A stretch of DNA of 38,649 nt from an uncultured Candidatus Melainabacteria bacterium. GTDB taxonomy: Bacteria > Cyanobacteriota > Vampirovibrionia > Gastranaerophilales > Gastranaerophilaceae. The notes below the pieces were generated by a model. It was not told the origin of the DNA, did no database searches, and worked only from the letters and a program-made list of their open reading frames with translations. Position numbers and translations under genes: made by a program. Position 1 is the first letter of the stretch; each line of letters opens with the position of its first letter. The stretch covers positions 1-38,649 of the forward strand of contig CAMHMW010000001.1 in NCBI GenBank assembly GCA_946186335.1, written 5' to 3'. Shown piece by piece: positions 7,047 through 16,044 of this stretch.

Positions 7047-8522
7047 ATGGTTAAATCCTCGGAAAAATTAGAACAGGCATTAGAAATTCACAAAAAGGGG
7101 AATTTGACTCAGGCACGAGATCTGTATAACGAAATTTTGGCTGAAGAACCGGAGAACGCTCAGGTTTGGGATTTGCTTGGTGTTTTGTATTATCAGGCAA
7201 ATAAGTTTGAAAAAGCGGAAGAATTTATAAAAAAAGCAATATCTTTAAACCCCCGTCTTTATTATCTGGAAAATCTTGCAAGGGTGTATCTTGATAAGGG
7301 TGATTACAAGGTTGCATCAGGACTTTATGAAGATATAGTTCAGCATTCTCCGACTTATGAAAACAGTTTTAACCTTGCTATGTCATATAAAGGTGCGCAT
7401 GAATGGGAAAAGGCAAAAGCAGCATACCATAAATCTCTCGAGATAAATCCGAAAGGTTATGAATCATATTTTAATCTTGCTTACCTTGCTTTAAATGATA
7501 ATGAACCGCAGGAGGCTATTCGTTGTTATGAAAAAGCGTTAGAGATAAATCCCGAGGATTGGGAATCTGTGTATTTCCTCTCGCTTGCTCAGATGCAGAC
7601 AAAAGATTACAAAAACGGGCTGAAAAATTTTGAATCCCGTCTGTGCCGTCAAAGTGCAATATTATCTCAGGAAAAAATATACCCTAATCTTATGAAAACC
7701 AGACCGCTGTGGGAAGGTCAGGATTTAACGGATAAGGTTTTGTTTACTTATTATGAAGCAGGTTATGGTGATTTGCTGATGCTTTACCGCTTTATGCCGG
7801 TATTGACCAAAATGGCAAAAAAAGTCATAATAAAGCCTCAAAAAGAACTTGCACCGTTATTCAGAGAAAATTCGTACGGGGCGGAGGTTATTGAAATTTT
7901 TGATTTTGAAAAGGAAATTGATTTTGATTATCATATACCGTTTTTGAGTGTTCCTTATGTTTTAAAATGTAATGCTCAGGATATGTTTATTCACCATGAT
8001 GACGGGTATTTGAAGGCTAATCCGCCGAAGGTGAGATATTATAAAGAAAGGTATTGTGAAAACGATAAGTTTAAAATAGGCATAAAGTGGCAGGGAAATA
8101 CCCATTATGACAGAGAAAGAGTTATAAATGTCACAGACTTTTTCCCGCTTTTTGAAATTTCAGGCACACAGTTTTATTCATTTCAGACACTTGACGGTTC
8201 TGAGGAATTTGAAAAGTTAAAAGATAAATGTAATATTATAAATCTTGGGGAAACATTTTCTAATTTTTCGGATACTGCGGGGGCGCTGGAAAATATGGAT
8301 TTGATAATTTCAAATGATACATCTTTGGTTCATCTTGCAGGCGCTATGAAAAAACCTTGCTGGGTACTGTTACCATATATTTATAACTGGCGGTGGCATA
8401 CGGATTTAACAAAATGCGACTGGTACGACAGTGTAAAAATATACAGGCAAAAAGATCATGGCGACTGGAACAGTGTTTTTACAAAGGTTAAGGAGGATTT
8501 GAGCAGTATAATAAATATGTAA
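7047..8522 (+). CDS. TPR-repeat protein with a C-terminal GT9-like (heptosyltransferase-fold) glycosyltransferase domain
   Basis: The N-terminal ~200 aa are TPR-like (e.g. AQVWDLLGVLYYQANKFEKAEEFIKKAISLNP). The C-terminal blocks GIKWQGN..H..DRER, FSDTAGALENMDLIISNDTSLVHLAGAMKKPCWVLLP and NWRWH match the TPR+GT9-like family as I recall it. Confidence 0.6.
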   Translation: MVKSSEKLEQALEIHKKGNLTQARDLYNEILAEEPENAQVWDLLGVLYYQANKFEKAEEFIKKAISLNPRLYYLENLARVYLDKGDYKVASGLYEDIVQHSPTYENSFNLAMSYKGAHEWEKAKAAYHKSLEINPKGYESYFNLAYLALNDNEPQEAIRCYEKALEINPEDWESVYFLSLAQMQTKDYKNGLKNFESRLCRQSAILSQEKIYPNLMKTRPLWEGQDLTDKVLFTYYEAGYGDLLMLYRFMPVLTKMAKKVIIKPQKELAPLFRENSYGAEVIEIFDFEKEIDFDYHIPFLSVPYVLKCNAQDMFIHHDDGYLKANPPKVRYYKERYCENDKFKIGIKWQGNTHYDRERVINVTDFFPLFEISGTQFYSFQTLDGSEEFEKLKDKCNIINLGETFSNFSDTAGALENMDLIISNDTSLVHLAGAMKKPCWVLLPYIYNWRWHTDLTKCDWYDSVKIYRQKDHGDWNSVFTKVKEDLSSIINM

Positions 8523-8590
8523 ATGTTTCGTTTACATGGTGGCAAAACTTTTTTTGACGGGGTTTATAAAAAATAAAAAATGAAAGGATT

Positions 8591-9349
8591 ATGAATATGG
8601 TAGAAGCGATTAATGGTGTGAATTCGAATAACAATGCATGGGCTTATACGGCAGGCGGAGCGGCAGCCGGTGCTGTTGCGGGCGGACTTGGCGGATATAT
8701 GTCAAAACCTTATGTAAGAAACTATTTGCCGACAGATGGTTTTTGTGATGCTTTCGTTTCACAGTTGAGAAAAATGAACCCAAATGAAGCAAAACAGTTT
8801 GACGAAGGGGTTGAATTTGTCAAAAATCTGGATTCTGTGGAGCCGTTAAAATTCAAGATTAATGTGCTTGTATCAAAGGTATTTGAAAAACTTGATGATG
8901 AAAAATTTGCACAGTTAAAAACTGCAGTTGCACAGAGTCAGGAAAAGATTAAATCATCAGGTATAGAGGGTGCGGAGGCTATCAGTAAATTTGCTGATGC
9001 AATCGTAAATGCCGAAAACCCGGCACAATTGAAAGGTACGGTTTCTAACCTCATAAATAAAGGACTGGACAGTTTAGATGTTAATACAATAAAAGATTTT
9101 GTAAAAACAATTGAAGATAATTCAAAAATAATTAAAAAAGCAGTCGGCTCAGCTGCTTTCTTCCATAATTTTGACATAACAAACAAAAAATTCTTTGAAG
9201 TTGAAGGAGATCCGTTCAATGCAATGGTAAGAAAAGCGGCAAAACATGTACAACTGAAAACAGCAGGCATTTATGGTGCTATAGGTGCTGCCGTTGTCGG
9301 TGCGGGAGCATATCTGGCATCAGCGCTGTCAAATAAAAACAACGCATAA
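8591..9349 (+). CDS. Hypothetical protein with Gly/Ala-rich (glycine-zipper-like) hydrophobic segments at both termini and a helical central domain
   Basis: N-terminus AYTAGGAAAGAVAGGLGGYM; C-terminus AGIYGAIGAAVVGAGAYLASAL. SD AAAGGA is upstream. The start could be the ATG at 8591 or 8597. Confidence 0.65.
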   Translation: MNMVEAINGVNSNNNAWAYTAGGAAAGAVAGGLGGYMSKPYVRNYLPTDGFCDAFVSQLRKMNPNEAKQFDEGVEFVKNLDSVEPLKFKINVLVSKVFEKLDDEKFAQLKTAVAQSQEKIKSSGIEGAEAISKFADAIVNAENPAQLKGTVSNLINKGLDSLDVNTIKDFVKTIEDNSKIIKKAVGSAAFFHNFDITNKKFFEVEGDPFNAMVRKAAKHVQLKTAGIYGAIGAAVVGAGAYLASALSNKNNA

Positions 9350-9367
9350 TAACAGTTATAAAATAGT

Positions 9368-9399
9368 AAAAAGGAGTGTCTTTCAGGCACTTCTTTTTG
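9368..9399. terminator. Candidate bidirectional hairpin terminator between convergent genes
   Basis: AAGGAGTG (9371-9378) pairs with CACTTCTT (9388-9395), including one G-U pair. It is flanked by an A-run and a T-run. Confidence 0.4.
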
Positions 9400-9402
9400 T
9401 TG

Positions 9403-11796
9403 TTATTTTGTCTGGAATTCGTTTTTTAGTTCGTATTTTTTACTTTTGGGTTCGTAGGTAAAAATTTTATATTCGTTGCCATCTGAGGATATTTTTACCG
9501 AATTGTGCAAATCTGTTCTGTAAATTTCGGTATTTCTTAAAACATCAAGGGTTCCTTTGTTCGGATGTCCGAAATAATTTATACCGGTTGAAATTACGGA
9601 AATTTTGTTGTTGAGGTGCGTGAGCATATCTGTGTTTACAACCCTTGGACCGCCATGATGTCCGACTTTTAATATTTCAACATCATGCGGAATATCCTTT
9701 TTTACCTGATTAAACGATTCATATCCCGCATCACCCATAAAAAGCATATCAAAATTTTTGTATGATACAAGTGTTATGACGGAACACCCGTTACTCTCGT
9801 CTTTCCCTTTAATATCCGCTTTATAGGTTTTTATTTTTAAGTCTTTTTCGCTGTATATTTCTTCGTTATTGTTTACGATTTTATAATTCTGTCCCGTTTG
9901 GTTTATAGTTCTGAAAATACTTTTACCGGTATAGGTATCTGTGCTGCGGGAATTAAGATAGAGTGTTTTTGTCCGGGTATTTGTTATAACATCTGAGGTT
10001 CCGCCGGCATGGTCGTTATCAAAGTGGGTAACAATAACCCCTTCCAAATTCTTAATACCTCTATCTTTCAGATATTTAAGCATTATGATTTTTGCCTGAG
10101 AATTTCCGCTCTCAAACGGGGCTTTGCCGGTATCTATCATAAAGTATTTATTTTCAGGTGTTTTAATCAGGAAGGAATCAGCATTCTGTACGTCAAACAT
10201 GATTATTTCAAGGTCGTGTGATACGGGTCTTACCGTTGTCAGAAGCAGAATGACGGATATTATTCCGATTGTTGCAATTGCCTGTTTGTATTTGTCGTAT
10301 TTGATAAGGAAAGTTGCTCCTGCAATCATCGAATAATACAGAATAATCTGAAAAATATTCGGGTGAGTTGTTTGCAGAAGGCAGAATTTAAGATTACCAA
10401 AGAAATCAGAGATTATTACAAGTAAATCAAGTAAGTGTTTCAGATAAAAATCAAAAGTAAAACAGGTAAAATCAGCAAATTGCGGAATTATTGAAATTGC
10501 GGAACTCACAAATCCGCAGAAACTTATCACGCTAACCAGCGTAACGCTTGCAATATTTGCAAAAACGGAATAGAGGCTGAACGTATTAAAATAAAACATC
10601 TGAATCGGGGCAACCCAAATTTGTGCAATAATCGGAATAATAACGGGTAAAATAAGCCAATTCGGAATGACCGAAACTTTATTTGCCGCCATATTAACGG
10701 TTAACAAAAGTCCCAGAGTTACCATAAAAGAAAGCTGAAAACTTACGTCATTTATGTATGCGGGGTTATAAATCAGCATAAGAACGGCGACAAAGGACAA
10801 TAGAGAAACGCTGTGCGCATCTCTGTCCAAAAGTTTTCCGATAAGAACAAATATCAGCATGAGTGCGGCACGTATTACGGATGCTCCGAGTCCCGTCATA
10901 AAAGTGTATAATACAATTACGCCCATTCCTGAAATTACTCTCGGACGAAACGGAACTCTAAGAAGTTTTAGGATAAAAAACCAAAAGGTGAAAATAAACC
11001 CGACATTCATCCCTGATGCTGCCAGAATATGCAAAAGCCCCGAATTAATGAAAGAGTTTTTGATATAATCCGGCGGAGAAACCGCATCATCTCCGAAAAC
11101 AATTCCGCCCAAAATCTCTAAACTAGGACTGTCAAGATATTTTGAATGTGTTTCAATGATTCTGTTTCTTGTATCATTGAGTTTTTGGAGTATCTTCCAT
11201 TTAAAACCGTCAGGTTTTGAAATTTCTGTAATTTTATTCCCATCTGTGTAAAATGTTGTAAAAGTATTGAAATTTCGCAGATATGCGCTGTAATCAAACT
11301 GTGACGGGTTTGTGGATGAAAACGGACGGCGCAGTTTTCCTGAAACTTTAATTTTTTCGCCGATATTCAGTGGTTGTTTTAAGTCTTTTGAATTTGAAAT
11401 TGTAACGAAAGTCTTTGCTTTAATACTATTTTTGTCTGCCTGCTCAACTTCCAGAAAGAATTTTGTTTTGTCGTTGTCGGTATATTCGGGGATACTGACA
11501 ATTGTACCTGACAATTCCGTTGTCGCAGGTGTCATTTGTAAAAGTTCATCATAATTCTTTATTTTAAAAAATGTTAAGAAAAATCCCGCATAGAAAATAA
11601 AAACAAAAATGAAAATCTTTTTAATATCAAAAATTTTTAAATAGAGTAATATAAGCATTACAGCCGTGAAAATCATACCGCTCGGGATGGCTATATTGTA
11701 AAAACAGGCAAGAATTCCGCTCATGAATACAAATGAAACAAATAGCATAACAAAATTCTTGTTTTGTATGAGTTCGAGAAATAATTTATTTTCCAT
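9403..11796 (-). CDS. comEC: DNA internalisation competence protein ComEC/Rec2 (membrane channel plus C-terminal metallo-beta-lactamase domain)
   Basis: 797 aa with a multi-TM central region. The C-terminal MBL-type block is VIVTHFDNDHAGG ... KVGHHG. The size and architecture are typical of ComEC. Confidence 0.85.
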   Translation of the reverse strand: MENKLFLELIQNKNFVMLFVSFVFMSGILACFYNIAIPSGMIFTAVMLILLYLKIFDIKKIFIFVFIFYAGFFLTFFKIKNYDELLQMTPATTELSGTIVSIPEYTDNDKTKFFLEVEQADKNSIKAKTFVTISNSKDLKQPLNIGEKIKVSGKLRRPFSSTNPSQFDYSAYLRNFNTFTTFYTDGNKITEISKPDGFKWKILQKLNDTRNRIIETHSKYLDSPSLEILGGIVFGDDAVSPPDYIKNSFINSGLLHILAASGMNVGFIFTFWFFILKLLRVPFRPRVISGMGVIVLYTFMTGLGASVIRAALMLIFVLIGKLLDRDAHSVSLLSFVAVLMLIYNPAYINDVSFQLSFMVTLGLLLTVNMAANKVSVIPNWLILPVIIPIIAQIWVAPIQMFYFNTFSLYSVFANIASVTLVSVISFCGFVSSAISIIPQFADFTCFTFDFYLKHLLDLLVIISDFFGNLKFCLLQTTHPNIFQIILYYSMIAGATFLIKYDKYKQAIATIGIISVILLLTTVRPVSHDLEIIMFDVQNADSFLIKTPENKYFMIDTGKAPFESGNSQAKIIMLKYLKDRGIKNLEGVIVTHFDNDHAGGTSDVITNTRTKTLYLNSRSTDTYTGKSIFRTINQTGQNYKIVNNNEEIYSEKDLKIKTYKADIKGKDESNGCSVITLVSYKNFDMLFMGDAGYESFNQVKKDIPHDVEILKVGHHGGPRVVNTDMLTHLNNKISVISTGINYFGHPNKGTLDVLRNTEIYRTDLHNSVKISSDGNEYKIFTYEPKSKKYELKNEFQTK

Positions 11797-11831
11797 AATT
11801 CCAACGAATGTATGATACCATGTTAAAAATA

Positions 11832-11860
11832 TTGTGTAAAATATAATTATATGCTAGAAT
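11832..11860 (+). promoter_or_regulatory. Candidate promoter for pilT, TTGTGT-N17-(TGc)TAGAAT
   Basis: TTGTGT at 11832-11837, extended -10 TGCTAGAAT at 11852-11860, about 30 nt before the ATG at 11890. It lies in the 93-nt divergent region shared with comEC. Confidence 0.45.
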
Positions 11861-11889
11861 ATAAATACGTTAGAATAAGAGGATAATAT

Positions 11890-12984
11890 ATGAGCAGCAC
11901 TAATGATTTTTATATTGAGGACTTTTTAAGACAGGCAGTATCTGTCGGTGCTTCCGATGCTCACATCTGTGAGGGAGAGCGTCCTGCAATAAGAGTTTCC
12001 GGTCAGATTATGAGAATTAACCTGCCGCCGTTAACGAGTGAAGATATAGAATTTGTAATCAGAACTGTTGCTCCTCAGCACTTGAAAGACAGAATTACAA
12101 GATTTTTTGATATTGACTTTTCATACGAAATACCGGGATGTTCAAGATTCCGTATCAACATGAGCCGTCAGCTCGGTAAAACGGCGATGGTAATTCGTGC
12201 AATTCCGTATTATATCAAAACTTTTAAAGAATTATATCTTCCGTCAACATTGGAAGAATTGGCTCAATATAACAACGGACTTATTCTTGTAACAGGTCCG
12301 ACAGGTTCGGGTAAATCAACGACGATTGCTTCTTTGATTGATTACATCAATGCAACATCGTCAAAACACATTGTTACGATAGAAGACCCTGTGGAATTTA
12401 TTTTTTCAAATAAAAAGTCTATTGTTTCACAGCGTCAGTTATTGATTGATACTCCGTCATTCCCTGACGGTGTTAAGTACGCATTAAGACAAGACCCTGA
12501 TGTTATATTCATCGGTGAAATTCGTGACAGAGAAACTATTGAATCTGCGCTGAAAGCGGCAGAAACAGGTCACCTTGTTGTATCAACAATCCACACCAAC
12601 GACTCTGTTCAGACGGTTGAACGTATTATCAACTTATTTGAACCCGGTGAAAGACCTTTCGTAAGAACTCAGATTGCACACTCCATGAGAGGGGTTATTT
12701 CACAGAAACTTGTTCCGACAGCAGAGGGCGGAACACGTATGCCGGCGGTTGAAGTGCTGGTTGTTACACCGACAGTTAAAGACTTTATTCAGAAAGACGA
12801 ACTCGATCAGGTTTATGAACTCGTTAAGAAAGGTTCTTTCAACAACATGGTAACAATGAATATGTCATTGTTTGCTCTGTATGATGAAGGCAAAATTTCA
12901 AAAGAAACCGCGATTGCATACTCTGATAATAAACCTGAACTTGAACAAATGATGAGAGGGGTTTACTACGGTACAGGAACATAG
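11890..12984 (+). CDS. pilT: Type IV pilus retraction ATPase, PilT/PilU family
   Basis: 364 aa. Walker A is GPTGSGKSTT, Walker B/Asp box is DPDVIFIGEIRD, and the His box is GHLVVSTIHT. SD AGAGGA is upstream. Confidence 0.85.
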   Translation: MSSTNDFYIEDFLRQAVSVGASDAHICEGERPAIRVSGQIMRINLPPLTSEDIEFVIRTVAPQHLKDRITRFFDIDFSYEIPGCSRFRINMSRQLGKTAMVIRAIPYYIKTFKELYLPSTLEELAQYNNGLILVTGPTGSGKSTTIASLIDYINATSSKHIVTIEDPVEFIFSNKKSIVSQRQLLIDTPSFPDGVKYALRQDPDVIFIGEIRDRETIESALKAAETGHLVVSTIHTNDSVQTVERIINLFEPGERPFVRTQIAHSMRGVISQKLVPTAEGGTRMPAVEVLVVTPTVKDFIQKDELDQVYELVKKGSFNNMVTMNMSLFALYDEGKISKETAIAYSDNKPELEQMMRGVYYGTGT

Positions 12985-13027
12985 TTTCTGTTCTTATACC
13001 CTGTGAAATACAAATAATCTCTCTTGC

Positions 13028-13819
13028 ATGCTTGGGGAAGATATGCAGAACAGTTTTGTTACGGATGCTATAAATTTAAAATCCTATAATCTGAGCGAAT
13101 CAGACAAAATTATTGTCATGTATTCAAAAGATAAAGGGCTTATCCGCGGGGTTGCAAAAGGGGTTAAAAAGCCGAAAAGCAAACTCGGTGCGAGAATGGA
13201 TTTGCTTGTAGCAAACACTTTAATGCTCCATAAAGGCCGTAACCTTGATACTATTTGTCAGGCGGATGTTTTAAATTCTTTTTATAAAACAAGACAGGAT
13301 ATTGATAAAATCTGTTATTCAACTTATATAACAGAGGTTGTCCATAATTTCGGGGTAGAGGATGACCCGTGTTCGGAAAAAATATATGAACTGTTGTATA
13401 AGGCTTTGAACAGTGTTTCTGTTGCAGAAAATAAAGTTGAAATCATGCTTGCGGTTATAAAATTCCAGATGAAAATGATGATAGAATCAGGATTTTCAAT
13501 TGAACTTGACGACTGTCTGTGCTGTCACAAGTCCGTTGAAAACTCTAACATGTACTTTGTTCCGACACTTGGCGGAATTGTGTGCGAAGATTGCGCTTCA
13601 AGGGTAATGCAGAATAAAAAATTACTTCCCTTTAAAATGAGAGATTTTTTTAAACAGATGGCATGTAATGATTTTGATGTAAAAGGCGAATACGAGCAAA
13701 AAGCAAATGAAAAAGTCTGTGATGTAACTTTTGAACTTCTGAAAGAATACATTATGCTCAAATCTCCCAAAAAGTTCAAATCAACGAATATTCTTGGTGA
13801 AATTCCCCTTTATAAATAG
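13028..13819 (+). CDS. recO: DNA repair/recombination mediator RecO
   Basis: The N-terminal OB-like region is AINLKSYNLSESDKIIVMYSKDKGLIRGVAKG. The C-terminal zinc motif is CLCC...CEDC. Length is typical. The alternative start at ATG 13043 cannot be excluded. Confidence 0.75.
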   Translation: MLGEDMQNSFVTDAINLKSYNLSESDKIIVMYSKDKGLIRGVAKGVKKPKSKLGARMDLLVANTLMLHKGRNLDTICQADVLNSFYKTRQDIDKICYSTYITEVVHNFGVEDDPCSEKIYELLYKALNSVSVAENKVEIMLAVIKFQMKMMIESGFSIELDDCLCCHKSVENSNMYFVPTLGGIVCEDCASRVMQNKKLLPFKMRDFFKQMACNDFDVKGEYEQKANEKVCDVTFELLKEYIMLKSPKKFKSTNILGEIPLYK

Positions 13820-13905
13820 TAGTTTATTATATACAATATAGTGAAGATATAAATATTACTCCGACAAAACAGGTCGTACAAAATTAATTTTTAATATGAC
13901 CTATT

Positions 13906-13945
13906 TTGACACATTAACCGTTTATTATAAAAATGTGATAAACGG
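13906..13945 (+). promoter_or_regulatory. Candidate promoter with an overlapping 8-bp inverted repeat upstream of the AAA+ gene
   Basis: A perfect -35 TTGACA lies at 13906-13911, with -10 candidates TATAAA/TAAAAA at 13926-13933. The inverted repeat CCGTTTAT (13918-13925) / ATAAACGG (13938-13945) straddles the -10. Confidence 0.35.
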
Positions 13946-13963
13946 AAATAAGGAGTAAATAAA

Positions 13964-15949
13964 ATGAACAATTACGAAAAGAGAAAATTTTTGGATTATT
14001 TCAGCAAGTTATTAAATGATTTGGATCTTAGTTCTTACATGTTTGATGAAGTTTTTAATTTCTTTCTTGCGGAATTTAAAGTCAGTAAGAAATTATTTCC
14101 CTATGATGAGGATGATGAGTTAAAAGTGGGTAAAGCAAAAGAGCGGGTAGAGTTTTTGAAGATTCTGAACAAGGTTTTGAGTGAACTGAAAGAAAAAATT
14201 AAGCCGAGAAACACTGTGCTTGAAACTCAGTTTTTGACGATAAAAGAAATTTATATGTTGAATAACGAAGAATATGAAATTATGCAGATTCTTGCACTTA
14301 AAGAAATAAATAATATTTTTAACAGATTTTTTGATTCTATAAATCATTCGCCTTTAACAACGTTTTCGAGGGCATATTTAAAAATGAGATACGGGAAAAA
14401 AGAACGGGTAATGGAATCTTTGTATTTTAAAAATATATTGGAGGACAGACGTTGTGAATCAATAAATTCCTCATTGATTAAAATTTTTGACAATCCGAAA
14501 TGCAATACGCAGGATAAAATTGTCAATGTAATTATTGGAAATCAGGAAAAATCAAAATTATCGTTATCCGATTACAAACATTTGAAAGATAAGCCTGAAA
14601 AAGCGGTGAGAATATTAACATCAGCAGTTGAGCATAAGAAAAAGGGTGTAAATATTCTGTTATACGGCGGAGTGGGAACCGGAAAAACCGAATTTGCGAA
14701 ACTTATTGCAAATAATGCGGGGGTACCTATGTATTCGGTTATTACTCAAAAGAGCGACTATAAAGAACCGGACAGAGAAGACCGTCTTGTAGATTTATAC
14801 TCAAAACAGCATCTTTTGGCTCGTTCAGACAGGGCATGTATTTTGTTTGATGAAGGAGAAGATGTTATGAACAGGGGTTTTTCTGCTTTTGGCGGGGCAT
14901 CAAAGGGTTATCTGAATAATCTTCTGGAAACTTCATCTGTTCCTGTAATCTGGACAACAAATGATATTTATCATGTTGACCCTGCATTTTTAAGACGTAT
15001 GACATATTGTATTGAGTTTGAGAAATTGTCGGAGGAAACGAGATTAGATATCTGGAAAAAACTTCTGAGGAAAAATAAACTCAAAGTTGAGGATTCAAAA
15101 CTTGCCGAGTTGAATAAATCGTATGATATTCCGCCGTCTTTGATAGCGAATGCCGTTGAATCAACAAAAATGATAGACGGGAATGAAAATGACTTTGAAG
15201 ATTTTATTGAAAATGTTGCAAAGGTTGTTACAAAAAGGAAAAATGTCAAAACCCAAAAGGACTTTGAGATAAAGACTTATGACATAAATCTTGTTAATAC
15301 GGATACCGATATGGATGATTTAACCAAAAAAATCAAAAATGCAGGTAAATTGAATTTCTCTCTGTGTTTGTACGGTGAACCCGGAACGGGTAAGAGTTTA
15401 TATGCAAGGTATCTGGCAAATATACTCGGGTTAGAGGTGGTATTTAAGCGGGCATCAGATTTGATTTCAAAGTGGCTTGGGGAGACTGAACAGAATATTG
15501 CCGCCGCTTTTGATGAGGCAAAATCAAAGAAGGCTATGCTGATTTTTGATGAAGCGGATTCTTTCCTCCATAACAGAAATAATGCCCAGAGAGGCTGGGA
15601 GGTTTCTCAGGTTAATGAAATGCTGACGTGGATGGAATCTCATGAATATCCTTTCGTCTGTACCACAAACCTTTTGAAAACCCTTGATGAAGCTAGTTTA
15701 AGACGCTTTACTTTCAAAATAAAATTTGATTTTCTTTCAAAAGATCAGGTAAATTCGGCAATAGAACACTTCTTCGGAATAAAGGATGCAAATGTTAATA
15801 TCAAAGGTTTGACGGCGGGTGATTTTGCTACCGTTAAAAAGAAAATTGATTTTCTCGGCATTAAAGATTTGACTGAGATTACCAAAATGCTGGAAGATGA
15901 GGTGAAGGTCAAAAAATCAGAAAATCTGCAAAGTACCGTTGGGTTTTAA
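13964..15949 (+). CDS. Tandem AAA+ ATPase (two classic AAA modules) with an unknown ~220-aa N-terminal helical domain
   Basis: SD AAGGAG is upstream. Module 1 has Walker A GGVGTGKT and Walker B CILFDEGED. Module 2 has GEPGTGKS and MLIFDEADS with SKWLGETEQ. Both modules end in LRR[MF]-type motifs. Confidence 0.75.
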   Translation: MNNYEKRKFLDYFSKLLNDLDLSSYMFDEVFNFFLAEFKVSKKLFPYDEDDELKVGKAKERVEFLKILNKVLSELKEKIKPRNTVLETQFLTIKEIYMLNNEEYEIMQILALKEINNIFNRFFDSINHSPLTTFSRAYLKMRYGKKERVMESLYFKNILEDRRCESINSSLIKIFDNPKCNTQDKIVNVIIGNQEKSKLSLSDYKHLKDKPEKAVRILTSAVEHKKKGVNILLYGGVGTGKTEFAKLIANNAGVPMYSVITQKSDYKEPDREDRLVDLYSKQHLLARSDRACILFDEGEDVMNRGFSAFGGASKGYLNNLLETSSVPVIWTTNDIYHVDPAFLRRMTYCIEFEKLSEETRLDIWKKLLRKNKLKVEDSKLAELNKSYDIPPSLIANAVESTKMIDGNENDFEDFIENVAKVVTKRKNVKTQKDFEIKTYDINLVNTDTDMDDLTKKIKNAGKLNFSLCLYGEPGTGKSLYARYLANILGLEVVFKRASDLISKWLGETEQNIAAAFDEAKSKKAMLIFDEADSFLHNRNNAQRGWEVSQVNEMLTWMESHEYPFVCTTNLLKTLDEASLRRFTFKIKFDFLSKDQVNSAIEHFFGIKDANVNIKGLTAGDFATVKKKIDFLGIKDLTEITKMLEDEVKVKKSENLQSTVGF

Positions 15950-16044
15950 CCCTCGGTATTTTTTTGTCTGTATTGACATTTATCCCCAAATATGAGAGAT
16001 TTAAGGAAACTAACCGAATTTCTCAAGATAAAGGATTAAGACCT

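Noticed and set aside
15964-16044. TTG-initiated N-terminal extension of the symporter; similar extensions at 5983-6006, 23729-23752, 27390-27470, 31543-31575 and 32782-32844
   Set aside because: In each case an internal ATG is preceded by a properly spaced SD and gives the family-typical N-terminus, for example MNILIANDDG for SurE and a signal peptide for the SLH protein. The extensions are longest-ORF artefacts.
15950-16044. Possible glycine or amino-acid riboswitch upstream of the alanine/glycine symporter
   Set aside because: Only about 95 nt are available. None of the conserved glycine-riboswitch core elements or convincing helices are visible.
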